Of a stretch of DNA of 64,000 bases, positions 55,177 to 64,000 are shown one piece after another; the first letter of the stretch is position 1, and each line of letters starts with the position of its first letter. The DNA is from an uncultured Bacilli bacterium. Lineage in GTDB: Bacteria > Bacillota_I > Bacilli_A > RF39 > UBA660. Position numbers and translations under genes: made by a program. Location: assembly GCA_963929435.1 (NCBI GenBank), contig CAWVIV010000020.1:4226-68225 (forward strand), given 5' to 3'. The notes beneath the pieces are model-generated. The model made no database searches. It saw nothing but the letters and a program-made list of their open reading frames with translations, and had not been told where the DNA came from.

Positions 55177-56058
55177 ATGAAAGATTATTTTGGTTATAAG
55201 GATAAAGTTTGTGTAGTAACAGGTGCTAGTAGTGGTATGGGTAAGGCAACGGTAGAAATGCTAGTAGATTTAGGAGCTAGTTGTTATGCTGTTGACTTAA
55301 ATCCATGTGATGTTAAGGGGATTAAAGAGTTTATAAAATGTGATTTATCTAAAAAAGAAGAGATAGATAACTTATTTAGTAAACTTCCAGAACATATTGA
55401 CTGTTTCTTTGGAGTAGCAGGCTTGTCAGGATCTAAAACAGATTATATGACAACATTTAACTGTAATTACACTGCTAACTTCTATATTACAGAAGAATAT
55501 TTAACTAAGAGAATGAGTAAAGGTGGTAGTATTGTCTATGTAACAAGTACGGCAGGACTTAACTGGAAAGAGTTTAGAAAAGAACAGAGCAAGGTAGTAA
55601 ATGCAAGTACTTGGGAAGAAATAGAGAGTGTAGTAGAACCTCTTGCCAAAATATCACCTGCAACTTTTGCATACATGTATTCTAAAAGATGTTTATCAGA
55701 GTATGCCTGTGAAGCCTCTATTAAACTAGGAAAACAAGGTATTAGAGTTAATAACGTAATGCCAGGCTCTACTGATACAGGTATGAAAGATGAATTTGAA
55801 AAGATGGCTGGTGGCGAAGAAGCCCTTTTAGCAGAAACAGGAGTTGCTCATCGTCTTGCAGAAAGTGAAGAAATGGCTGGACCTATTGTCTTTTTAGGGT
55901 CAAGTATGGCAAGTTTTATCTCAGGAGTTGATTTATGTGTTGATTATGCTGATAACGCTTTAAAAACACTAGGTTATAAGAAAGATAGAGAAAAGGTACC
56001 TGCTACTAATAAATTCATCCTAAAGATGGCTAAGAAAATGATGGAAAAGAATAAATAA
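55177..56058 (+). CDS. Short-chain dehydrogenase/reductase (SDR) family oxidoreductase
   Basis: Cofactor-binding motif VTGASSGMGKA, and active-site S..YxxxK (TST...YMYSKRC). Confidence 0.9.
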   Translation: MKDYFGYKDKVCVVTGASSGMGKATVEMLVDLGASCYAVDLNPCDVKGIKEFIKCDLSKKEEIDNLFSKLPEHIDCFFGVAGLSGSKTDYMTTFNCNYTANFYITEEYLTKRMSKGGSIVYVTSTAGLNWKEFRKEQSKVVNASTWEEIESVVEPLAKISPATFAYMYSKRCLSEYACEASIKLGKQGIRVNNVMPGSTDTGMKDEFEKMAGGEEALLAETGVAHRLAESEEMAGPIVFLGSSMASFISGVDLCVDYADNALKTLGYKKDREKVPATNKFILKMAKKMMEKNK

Positions 56059-56090
56059 AAATGTTAGGAAACATCTCCTAACATTTTTTT
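56056..56090. terminator. Bidirectional terminator between convergent genes
   Basis: ATGTTAGGA (56061-56069) pairs with TCCTAACAT (56076-56084), flanked by A5 and T7. Confidence 0.85.
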
Positions 56091-57000
56091 AAGTTGCAAG
56101 CTCACTATAAACATTTTTATCATAGTTATGTTGTTCATTTTCTAACTCATTTAACTCACTAGTAGTTATTAAGAAGAAATTATATTCTAAGATATCACTA
56201 CCATCAGTAGTAATTGGGTCATCCCAAGTAAGGTCTAAATGATACCAGGCATTATCTAAATTAACAGCATTCCAAACATGATTTTCTGATGATATTTTAT
56301 AACTTTTAACTCCCATATCTTCTAAAAATAATTCCATCGCATCAGTATAACCACCACATAAACTATAACCTTCTAAAAGAGTACCATAGGCAGTATCTGA
56401 TTTATATCTTACAATATTATTATCACTTCTATCTTTATCATATTTGCTATTATTAATAATATAATTATGAGCTTCCTTAATCTTATCCTCATTACTCATA
56501 GAATTATTCCATATTTCGCTTTCTACTTCTTTAACTTTCGCTTCAATTAATTTAATATCACTATTACTATAGATATGTTCAATCTTTAAAGTAACTTTAC
56601 CATAATCATCATAACTAGTTTCTAAATGTCTAAAACTATTAAAAGGATGAACAAAGTTATTTATCGTTGATAGAACCTTTTGATTATTAGCAAGACTATC
56701 AACATCATCTATACAGGAAGAATACTCATCAGGACAGTAAAATGAAAATTCTTCTACTCCAGAGTTTAAAACAGTGTAATAAATATTTAATAAGTCTTGA
56801 TATTTGTTAGGAGTAAAGTCATCAGTTCGTTTAACAAAATTAAAATCATAATCTCTTGTATAATCATTAGATTCCTTTAAAGTTACATCTTTATTTTCTT
56901 TAACAAAATAAGTTCTATATAAATTATATAAAGGACGTCTAAAGGCAAAAGTAAATCCAAATAAAATAATTAAAAATAATAAAACAATGTATTTCTTCAT
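56089..57000 (-). CDS. Membrane-anchored transglutaminase-like (cysteine protease fold) protein
   Basis: N-terminal TM. CGGYTDAMELFL ... HVWNAV ... WYHLDLTWDD corresponds to the Cys-His-Asp transglutaminase-core pattern. Confidence 0.8.
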   Translation of the reverse strand: MKKYIVLLFLIILFGFTFAFRRPLYNLYRTYFVKENKDVTLKESNDYTRDYDFNFVKRTDDFTPNKYQDLLNIYYTVLNSGVEEFSFYCPDEYSSCIDDVDSLANNQKVLSTINNFVHPFNSFRHLETSYDDYGKVTLKIEHIYSNSDIKLIEAKVKEVESEIWNNSMSNEDKIKEAHNYIINNSKYDKDRSDNNIVRYKSDTAYGTLLEGYSLCGGYTDAMELFLEDMGVKSYKISSENHVWNAVNLDNAWYHLDLTWDDPITTDGSDILEYNFFLITTSELNELENEQHNYDKNVYSELAT

Positions 57001-57122
57001 AAAATCCTCCTATTTAATTCTAGCAAGGAAGGGAAGTTTTGTAAATCTAAAAACAAAATAAATGTTTCAGTCCATGTAAAATGTGATATAATATATACTA
57101 ATTATTAAAAGAGGGGATATTT

Positions 57123-57884
57123 ATGAGTCTTAACGAAATTTATGAATATTATGATAAGACAGAAAAGTACTATATAAATTTAGATGAACAGTTAGTAAAA
57201 GAAATTATTAAAGAATATAGAAAGTCGGGACCATATATTAATTATAAAGGTAATGTGATTAAAGGGTTACTTTATAATTATTCCTATCTAAAAAAGAAAG
57301 GTAAACACCAAACTTTAGATAAGATATTAAATAAATATAATATCAATTATACTTATTCTATAAATAGTTCAATTTATGATTTGTTGGGAAAAAATAAAGG
57401 GGGAGTAATATTAAGCCCAGGAGTGATTAGTGAAGAAGATGATGGTTTATTATATAAACTTAAAACGAATATAGGAACTATAAAGGTTTATAAAGCTAGT
57501 GAGATTTTTAAAAATACTAAATCTGCTTATATCTTTAAAAGAAAACTTAGAAACTATTGTCATGTGAGAAGCTTTGACTTTTTATATGAAAATAAAGATT
57601 ACAAAGCAGTACTTTCTTATGATAATAATTTATTTGTAGGAGGACATTTCCATTCTTATTTAGAGAAAGATGATATAACCATTGATATTGCAAGTAATGC
57701 TTTATATAAGAGTAGAGAAGATAAAGAAAAAGTGCTTAATGGAGAGGTACTTGCTAAACTTACTTATGATGAAGTAATGACCGAATTTATGAAAGTATTA
57801 GAAGAGATTCCTGATTTAGATCCTGATGATGATAAATTACAAGTACTAGCTTTATACTATGGTAAGAAAAAAGGTATAAAATAA
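57123..57884 (+). CDS. Hypothetical protein
   Basis: 253-aa ORF with a GAGGGGA RBS. No motif recognised. Confidence 0.55.
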   Translation: MSLNEIYEYYDKTEKYYINLDEQLVKEIIKEYRKSGPYINYKGNVIKGLLYNYSYLKKKGKHQTLDKILNKYNINYTYSINSSIYDLLGKNKGGVILSPGVISEEDDGLLYKLKTNIGTIKVYKASEIFKNTKSAYIFKRKLRNYCHVRSFDFLYENKDYKAVLSYDNNLFVGGHFHSYLEKDDITIDIASNALYKSREDKEKVLNGEVLAKLTYDEVMTEFMKVLEEIPDLDPDDDKLQVLALYYGKKKGIK

Positions 57885-57907
57885 AAAACAGGTTCGTCCT
57901 GTTTTTA
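57884..57907. terminator. Bidirectional terminator (57123-57884 gene and def)
   Basis: A-run, ACAGG / CCTGT with loop TTCGT, then T5. Confidence 0.65.
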
Positions 57908-58453
57908 TATTGCTCTATATTTATCACTGTCTTTATAGGGATTTTTAGGATCTATATAATCTGTAAACATAACCCCATTTAAATGATCTATTTCGTGTTG
58001 AAAGGCAATAGCAAGTTCTTCTCTAGCACGAACTCTTATTTTATTACCTTTAGTATCATAGCCTTCTACTGTAACTCTAGCATATCTTGGAACAATACCA
58101 TCAACTTCACGGTTTACAGATAAGCATCCTTCTCCCATTTCTACATATATCTTTTCACTTGAATTACTAATAATCTTAGGATTACAGATAATATAAGTAT
58201 CAAACTCTTCTTCATCTACTTCATGAACAATTACTAAATATCTTTTAGGAATACCTAATTGAATTGCTGCCATACCCATACCAGGTCTTAAATTATACTT
58301 TTCTGATAATCTTTCTATTTGACTATTAGTTAGATATTCTACCATTAAGTCTATAGTCTTTAAATCATCTTTACTTAATGGAAAAGTAACATCTTTACTA
58401 ACTAATCTTAATCTTTTATCTTTTTCATCTAATATATCTTTATTTCTTAACAT
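57905..58453 (-). CDS. def: Peptide deformylase
   Basis: GMGMAAIQLG (motif 1), EGCLSV (motif 2), QHEIDHLNG (motif 3). Confidence 0.95.
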   Translation of the reverse strand: MLRNKDILDEKDKRLRLVSKDVTFPLSKDDLKTIDLMVEYLTNSQIERLSEKYNLRPGMGMAAIQLGIPKRYLVIVHEVDEEEFDTYIICNPKIISNSSEKIYVEMGEGCLSVNREVDGIVPRYARVTVEGYDTKGNKIRVRAREELAIAFQHEIDHLNGVMFTDYIDPKNPYKDSDKYRAI

Positions 58454-58492
58454 CTAAATACCCCATTTCTTGCTATATTTTAACACATATCT

Positions 58493-58519
58493 AAAAAAAA
58501 AGAAAGGAAAACCTTTCTT
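58493..58519 (-). terminator. Terminator of the YjcZ-like gene
   Basis: On the minus strand, AGAAAGG-TTTT-CCTTTCT is followed by T9. Confidence 0.75.
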
Positions 58520-58694
58520 AACGAGTAAATCTTGCACCAATTACAATAACTAGTAGTATAAATAAAACTAAAATTATGGCATAGTTATTGTTGTTGTTAT
58601 TGCCCCAGCCCCAACCGCAACTAGGATAAAACCATTGATTAGAGCATCCACAACTTGGGAATGAATTAAATGATCCACCACCATAATAATACAT
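58518..58694 (-). CDS. YjcZ-family-like tiny sporulation membrane peptide (58 aa)
   Basis: AAGGAGG lies 9 nt upstream of ATG 58694. MYYYGGGSF..N-rich..YAIILVLFILLVIVIGARF matches the Gly-rich head plus ALIVVLFILLIIVG tail of the YjcZ / tiny-TM family. Confidence 0.55.
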   Translation of the reverse strand: MYYYGGGSFNSFPSCGCSNQWFYPSCGWGWGNNNNNNYAIILVLFILLVIVIGARFTR

Positions 58695-58833
58695 AGTTAA
58701 AAACCTCCTTTTTCTATTATAAGATATGAAAAAATATGTCAAATTGTTAATGAATTTGACTAGGTGACTTTAAACTATCTTTAATTTATGGTATTCTTAA
58801 AGAAAAAGACTAAAGATAAGGAGGGTTAGAATA

Positions 58834-59973
58834 ATGACTAAGCTTAAAGATATAATTAAAAATATAGATAAACCATTATTTATTCTAACTCTAATTCTTT
58901 TTGTGTTAGGACTAGTAATGATTTTCTCTGCTAGTAATGTTACATCATACATGAATGGAGGAAGTCCTTATGATTATTTCTTTAGACAGGGATTATTCTT
59001 ATTAGTTAGTTTTATCTTTTGTATAATTATGGTTAAGTTTAATACTAAGTTTTATGGAATGATGTCAAATATTCTTTTAATTGCCTTTGTAGCAGTTCTT
59101 ATTCTTTTACTTATTTATGGTAAAGCGACAAACTATGCTGTTAGTTGGATCCCAATTGGTCCTTTTACTTTACAACCTAGTGAATTTATTAAAGTAATTA
59201 TGATAGTTTTTATGGCCAGGTTTTATGAAGTCCATGAAAAACGTTTAAATAACTTCTTTATCGCTATTATTCCTTTAATAGTTGGAGTAATTATAACATT
59301 TTTAATTATGTTACAACCTGACTTAGGAACTGCTATTATCTTTGCAGGACTTACAGGTATAATATTTTTCTCATCTCCTGTTTCAAGACTTATTAAATTT
59401 AAAGTTATCGCTCTTTTCCTTGGAATGTGTTTAGTAGTAGGAGCAGTACTTATTATGACAGGAGGAAGTTTTTTACAAGCAAGACAGATAGAAAGATTTA
59501 ACTTTACAAGACCATGTGATAGACTACTAGATACAGGTAATCAAGTATGTAATGGTTATATTTCTATTAATAATGGTGGTCTTACTGGTGTAGGTCTTGG
59601 TAATAGTACTCAGAAGTATTTATATTTACCATATCCTTATACAGACTTTATCTTTGCTGTTACTGTTGAAGAGTTAGGACTTGTTGTTGGAATTATAATA
59701 ATCCTTGCTTATCTCTATTTACTTTACCGCATATTAAAGATAGGAAGAGATAGTTATACTAATAGAGGAGCTTTACTTTGTTATGGTGTTGCCGTCTATA
59801 TCTTTTTGCATGTTGTAGTCAATTTAATGGGCTTATTTGGCCTTATGCCTATGACAGGAGTACCTTTACCTTTCTTGAGTTATGGTGGTAGTTTTACTTT
59901 ATGTTTAATGGTTTCTCTAGCCATAGTTCAACGTGTTAATATTGAAAATAAGCTTCGAGATAAAAAAAATTAA
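58834..59973 (+). CDS. SEDS-family peptidoglycan glycosyltransferase (FtsW/RodA/SpoVE)
   Basis: 379 aa, about 10 TM helices, conserved QPSEF.K, PDLGTA, TDFIF. .EELG and P.TG.PLPF.SYGGS motifs. Confidence 0.9.
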   Translation: MTKLKDIIKNIDKPLFILTLILFVLGLVMIFSASNVTSYMNGGSPYDYFFRQGLFLLVSFIFCIIMVKFNTKFYGMMSNILLIAFVAVLILLLIYGKATNYAVSWIPIGPFTLQPSEFIKVIMIVFMARFYEVHEKRLNNFFIAIIPLIVGVIITFLIMLQPDLGTAIIFAGLTGIIFFSSPVSRLIKFKVIALFLGMCLVVGAVLIMTGGSFLQARQIERFNFTRPCDRLLDTGNQVCNGYISINNGGLTGVGLGNSTQKYLYLPYPYTDFIFAVTVEELGLVVGIIIILAYLYLLYRILKIGRDSYTNRGALLCYGVAVYIFLHVVVNLMGLFGLMPMTGVPLPFLSYGGSFTLCLMVSLAIVQRVNIENKLRDKKN

Positions 59974-60138
59974 AAAAGTATGAATTTTGTAAATTCAAAG
60001 GATTTTAGGCTTCAATTTTCAAAATTCCCTAGAGCAATTTAATAAATTGGGGCTCTTTTTTTCTTGAATTTTAAAAATTCACTTTTTGCAATTATTTTTC
60101 CTTTCTGTTAGTATCGTAACTGGAAAGGAGGAAAAGAA

Positions 60139-60840
60139 ATGACTTTTACTTATCGTCATAAAAAACAAATTATTCTTTGTATTTTAGGACTTGTTTTGCT
60201 ATTAGTCGTAGCATCTATCTTTATCTATAAAAATTTTACTGCGAAAGATAAGAAAGATGAAAATATTGTTTTAAATACAAAGAAAGACATCAAAAAGGAT
60301 GAAGAGGAGGAAAAGACAAGTGATGTTTACTATCAAGTAGATATTAAAGGAGAAGTTATTAATCCTGGAATATATACTGTTAAAGAGGGTAGCAGAGTTA
60401 TTGATGTTATTAGATTAGCAGGTGATTTAACAGAAGTTGCCGATACTTCAGTTTTAAATCTTTCTAAGAAAGTTAAAGATGAAATGGTTATTATTGTTTA
60501 TAGTTTTGATGAAGTAGCAAGTTTTACAGAAACTAAAGAACAAGAAGAAATAGAACAAGAAGCCTGTAAAAATCAAAATGGTATTGAAAACGATGCTTGT
60601 ATTGAAGATAGTACTAATGATACTAGTTCTAGTAGTGTAGTTATTAGTGGTAAAATATCACTTAATACAGCAACCCTTGATGAGTTAATGATGCTTCCAG
60701 GTATTGGGGAAGCGAAAGCTGAAGCGATTATAAAATATCGGGAAGAAGTAGGAGCATTTCAAAATATTGAAGAGTTAAAAGAAGTTAATGGCATAGGAGA
60801 TGCTATCTTTGATGATATTAAGGAAAGTATTACTATTTAA
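60139..60840 (+). CDS. comEA: Competence protein ComEA (DNA receptor; SLBB plus helix-hairpin-helix)
   Basis: N-terminal TM. SLBB-type VDIKGEVINPGIYTVKEGSRVIDVI. C-terminal ISLNTATLDELMMLPGIGEAKAEAIIKYREEVGAFQNIEELKEVNGIG. Confidence 0.85.
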   Translation: MTFTYRHKKQIILCILGLVLLLVVASIFIYKNFTAKDKKDENIVLNTKKDIKKDEEEEKTSDVYYQVDIKGEVINPGIYTVKEGSRVIDVIRLAGDLTEVADTSVLNLSKKVKDEMVIIVYSFDEVASFTETKEQEEIEQEACKNQNGIENDACIEDSTNDTSSSSVVISGKISLNTATLDELMMLPGIGEAKAEAIIKYREEVGAFQNIEELKEVNGIGDAIFDDIKESITI

Positions 60841-62881
60841 ATCTATTTATATTACGTTATTTATAATTAGTTTGATTTATCTTGTTATTTATATAAATAT
60901 AGATTTTACCTCCAAGTTTGAAGGGAGTGAAACCAAAGTAGAAGGAGTAATAGAATCTATAGAATATCAAGGTAATAAAATGACACTGACACTTAAAACA
61001 AAAGAAAAACTTATCGCCACTTATTACTTCGATACCGAAGAAGAATTACATAAAACAAAGAAAGAACTTTCATTAGGTGATACTCTTACTTTAAAAGGAG
61101 AGTTGAACGAACCCATTTCTAGTAAAAATTTTTATGGTTTTTCCTATCCTACCTACCTAAAATACCAAAAGATTTTTTATATAATGAAAGTATCTAATTA
61201 TTATATTAAACATAAAAATAGTAATATTTTATATAGTATTAGAAATGCAGTTAGAAGTAGTATTAGTAATGATAAAGTAGGCAGTTATATAAAAGTTTTC
61301 TTCTTAGGAGATGATACTTCCTTTGATACTACTTTAGAAGAAGATTTTAGAAATCTTGGTATTTCTCATCTTTTCGCTCTATCAGGAACACAAATTAGTT
61401 TTCTAATTTCTATTATTACTCTACGTAAGAAAACCATAAATCTTAATAATTTGCTTTTTGTCTTTTGCATTCTAATTTGTTATTACCTAATAATAGAAGA
61501 CTGTGCAGCGATTGATAGAGCCTTAATATTTAGTTTAGTATTTTCTCTTAATAACACTTTTAACTTGAATATTAGACCTCTTTTCTTAATTCTATTATCT
61601 TTAAGTATACTATTCTTTATAAATCCCTATTACATATTTGATGTAGGATTTCAGTACTCTACCGTTATAAGTTGTACGTTAATCTTATACATGAATAATA
61701 AGAAAAGTAAAGGTAAGATAATAGACTTATTAGAAGTATCATGGGTAAGCTTCTTAGTTAGTTTACCCATTTCTTTATATCATTTTTCTTATACTAATCC
61801 TCTTAGTATAGTTTATAATCTATTCTATGTTCCTTTTATTAACGTAATTATCTTTCCCTTATCTATAATTTGTTTCTTTATACCATTTTTATCTTTTATT
61901 TTAGAGTTTTTTATAAATATCTTTGAAGAAAGTGTTACATTCTTATCTCACTTTAATATAGGTTATATAACTCTAGCGCGGTTTAATATAGTTTATTATT
62001 TATTATACTATATCCTAATATTTAGTTATTTATTTGTTAAGGCAAAGAAGAAGATATTTTTATTATTAATACTTCTTTTGGTAGTAATACATTACTCTTA
62101 TCCTAAGATATTTCCAAAAGATGCTTTATATATGATAGATGTAGGGCAGGGAGACTCATTCTTAATTACTTCAAATAATAAGTCTATGTTAATAGATACA
62201 GGAGGGGTTATGTCTTATTATACAGAAGAGTGGATGCAGTATGAAAAGACAAGTAGTGGTGTTTATTTAGTTAATTTTCTTAAAACTTTAGGAATAACAA
62301 AATTAGACTACTTAGTTTTAACTCATGGAGACTATGACCATGCAGGGGAAGCTTTAACAATTATGGATGAGATAGAGGTTAAAAACGTTTTCTTTAATGG
62401 TAATGAGTTAAATAACTTAGAGAAAAAGATATGGAAGAGTTCTTCTAATCATTACAAATTAACAGAAGGAGATAGCTTTAATTTAGGTAACTTTAACTTT
62501 TTAGTTATATCTAATACTTATCCTGATGAAAACGATAGTAGTTTAGTTTTATATAGTACTTTTTATGATAAGAGATTACTGTTTATGGGAGATGCTAGTA
62601 TTAAGAGTGAGGAATACATTTTAGATAACTATGAACTTGATGATATTACAATATTAAAAGTAGGGCATCATGGTTCTAGAACTAGTAGTAGTGAAGAGTT
62701 TATAGATAAAGTTAATCCTACTTATGCTTTAATATCATCAGGAATAGATAATAAATTCAATCATCCTCATAAAGAAGTAATTGAAAGATTAGAAGAAAAT
62801 GGTTCAATTATTTACAACACTCAAATAAATGGTATGGTTATGTTTGATTTTACTCATGATAAAATTAAGACTTACACATGA
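60800..62881 (+). CDS. comEC: DNA internalization competence protein ComEC/Rec2
   Basis: Polytopic competence domain (GISHLFALSGTQISFL) plus a C-terminal metallo-beta-lactamase domain (YMIDVGQGDS, LTHGDYDHAGE, GHHGS). The exact start is uncertain because it overlaps the comEA end. Confidence 0.9.
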   Translation: MLSLMILRKVLLFKSIYITLFIISLIYLVIYINIDFTSKFEGSETKVEGVIESIEYQGNKMTLTLKTKEKLIATYYFDTEEELHKTKKELSLGDTLTLKGELNEPISSKNFYGFSYPTYLKYQKIFYIMKVSNYYIKHKNSNILYSIRNAVRSSISNDKVGSYIKVFFLGDDTSFDTTLEEDFRNLGISHLFALSGTQISFLISIITLRKKTINLNNLLFVFCILICYYLIIEDCAAIDRALIFSLVFSLNNTFNLNIRPLFLILLSLSILFFINPYYIFDVGFQYSTVISCTLILYMNNKKSKGKIIDLLEVSWVSFLVSLPISLYHFSYTNPLSIVYNLFYVPFINVIIFPLSIICFFIPFLSFILEFFINIFEESVTFLSHFNIGYITLARFNIVYYLLYYILIFSYLFVKAKKKIFLLLILLLVVIHYSYPKIFPKDALYMIDVGQGDSFLITSNNKSMLIDTGGVMSYYTEEWMQYEKTSSGVYLVNFLKTLGITKLDYLVLTHGDYDHAGEALTIMDEIEVKNVFFNGNELNNLEKKIWKSSSNHYKLTEGDSFNLGNFNFLVISNTYPDENDSSLVLYSTFYDKRLLFMGDASIKSEEYILDNYELDDITILKVGHHGSRTSSSEEFIDKVNPTYALISSGIDNKFNHPHKEVIERLEENGSIIYNTQINGMVMFDFTHDKIKTYT

Positions 62882-62920
62882 TAAAAGTCCCAACAATGTC
62901 GGGAAAATTAAGCACTTAAT

Positions 62921-62950
62921 AAGAAACGACAAATTATTCGTTTCTTTTTT
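62921..62950 (+). terminator. Terminator after comEC
   Basis: AAGAAACGA / TCGTTTCTT with an 8-nt loop, followed by T6. Confidence 0.85.
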
Positions 62951-62974
62951 TATATACTTAAAACGGTGGTAGGA

Positions 62975-63763
62975 ATGAAAGTATATTTAGATCTAATATT
63001 CTTTATTAATTTCATGTTTGATTTACTCCTTTTAATGACAGTTAGTATAGAGTGTAAAGTCTTTTCTAAAAAAAGAAGATTAGTAATATCTTCATTTCTA
63101 GGAAGCCTTAGTACCTTTCTTTTATTCCTACCCTTAAATAATATTTCTTTATTTCTTTTTAAAGTAGTAATAAGTATTATTATGATTTTAGTTGGTTTTA
63201 AGATAACCTCTAAAGAGTTATTTTTTACTCTTATAAAGAGTCTTTATGGTAATAGTATTATCTTAGGAGGACTTATCTACTTTTTAAATAATCAGTTTAG
63301 TTATAAACAAAAAGGTTTTATCTTTATCCATGATGGAACTAGTCTAAACTTAATTGTTATTTTAGTTAGTAGCCCTATAATCTTTTATCTATACCATAAA
63401 ACAATGGAGAATGAGAAAAAGAAAAGAGAATTATTACATAAAGTATCTATAAAATGTAAGAAGGGTGTAGTTAATACCTTGGGATTCTTAGATACTGGTA
63501 ATAATATTAAAGACCCTTATAAGAAAAGAGGAGTTATTTTAATTAATTCTAGTGAAATAAATCTTAGTTTAGAAGAATCTATTTTAGTACCGTTTAAAAC
63601 GGTGGATTCTAATAGTTTACTTAGATGTATAGAAATAGAGGAATTAAAGATAGATGATAATTTAATTACAAAGAAATACCTATTAGGTATTAGTCCTAAA
63701 AAAATAGAAATAAAGGGAGCGAGTTGTATACTTCCCAATATAATAGAGGAGGAATTAAAATGA
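62975..63763 (+). CDS. spoIIGA: Sigma-E processing aspartic peptidase SpoIIGA
   Basis: MKVYLDLIFFINFMFDLLLLMTV N-terminus, 5 TM helices, catalytic GFLDTGNNIKDP motif. Its stop overlaps the sigE start (ATGA). Confidence 0.85.
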   Translation: MKVYLDLIFFINFMFDLLLLMTVSIECKVFSKKRRLVISSFLGSLSTFLLFLPLNNISLFLFKVVISIIMILVGFKITSKELFFTLIKSLYGNSIILGGLIYFLNNQFSYKQKGFIFIHDGTSLNLIVILVSSPIIFYLYHKTMENEKKKRELLHKVSIKCKKGVVNTLGFLDTGNNIKDPYKKRGVILINSSEINLSLEESILVPFKTVDSNSLLRCIEIEELKIDDNLITKKYLLGISPKKIEIKGASCILPNIIEEELK

Positions 63764-64000
63764 TTAGTTTACTTTACTTAGTAGCATTTTTACTTGATAA
63801 AAGTTGTGAAATATTTTATGTAGGTAGTAGTGATATCTTACCAGAACCATTATCTAAAGAAGATGAAGAAGCCTATTTAGTTATGGCGATGGATGGTGAT
63901 ATTCATGCAAGAGATGTGTTAATAGAACATAATCTAAGATTAGTCGTATTTCTTGCTAAAAAGTATGAAAATACTAAAGTAGATTTAGAAGATTTGGTTA
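63760..64000 (+). CDS. sigE: Sporulation sigma factor SigE (pro-sigma-E), 3' end beyond the window
   Basis: Pro-sequence then FYVGSSDILPEPLSKEDEEAYL..GD..ARDVLIEHNLRLVVFLAKKYENTKVDLEDL (compare B. subtilis [38 protein letters not shown]). Located downstream of spoIIGA. Confidence 0.85.
   Translation, partial: MISLLYLVAFLLDKSCEIFYVGSSDILPEPLSKEDEEAYLVMAMDGDIHARDVLIEHNLRLVVFLAKKYENTKVDLEDLV

Noticed and set aside
1-64000. Prophage, integrative element with an integrase, rRNA or tRNA genes.
   Set aside because: No integrase, capsid, terminase, portal or tail signatures were seen, and no cloverleaf-like or rRNA-like GC-rich segments were seen on either strand.

Overview
This is an AT-rich chromosomal segment (about 70% A+T by eye, not computed) from an endospore-forming Firmicute. 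It looks Clostridia- or Erysipelotrichia-like, but the taxon cannot be assigned without a database search.

The backbone is conserved housekeeping and sporulation genes: two type IV pilin-like genes, lon, a spoVID-like/ysxE-like pair, dnaI, yebC-family, ruvA, ruvB, queA, tig, rpmG, efp, hisS, aspS (archaeal-type), a rhomboid protease, priA, sigK, a NodB deacetylase, yqeG, yqeH, frr, a Phe T-box followed by HAD-pheS-pheT, an SDR, a transglutaminase-like protein, def, a YjcZ-like peptide, a SEDS protein, comEA, comEC, spoIIGA and the 5' end of sigE. No rRNA, tRNA, CRISPR array or prophage was seen.

Accessory or unusual content:
1. A two-gene ABC-ATPase plus small RloB/Toprim-like cassette (15281-17199) sits between 41-bp direct repeats in front of tig. 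It is an OLD/AbiL/PARIS-like defence candidate. A decayed copy of its 3' end lies next to it.
2. An IS91-family (HUH-Y2) element abuts a CTTG target but is bracketed by a perfect 57-bp direct repeat. It carries a 12-bp periodic repeat array.
3. A TnpB-only IS200/IS605 element with a putative omega-RNA is inserted into a membrane-transporter gene.
4. A G10 tract in a tiny ORF lies upstream of two paralogous surface-protein genes. One paralog has an in-frame TAA and a 46% GC mosaic 3' end.
5. A nested inverted repeat encloses two tandem 43/44-nt hairpin-pseudoknot modules in the leader of an SDR gene.
6. An orphan MazF-like ORF and an ISAs1 transposase relic are also present.

Major caveat: at least 20 single-base frame disruptions occur in otherwise well-conserved genes (ruvB, queA, hisS, aspS and others). 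Every one resolved at nucleotide level is corrected by deleting one base from a short run. This is more consistent with insertion-type assembly errors than with genuine gene decay.
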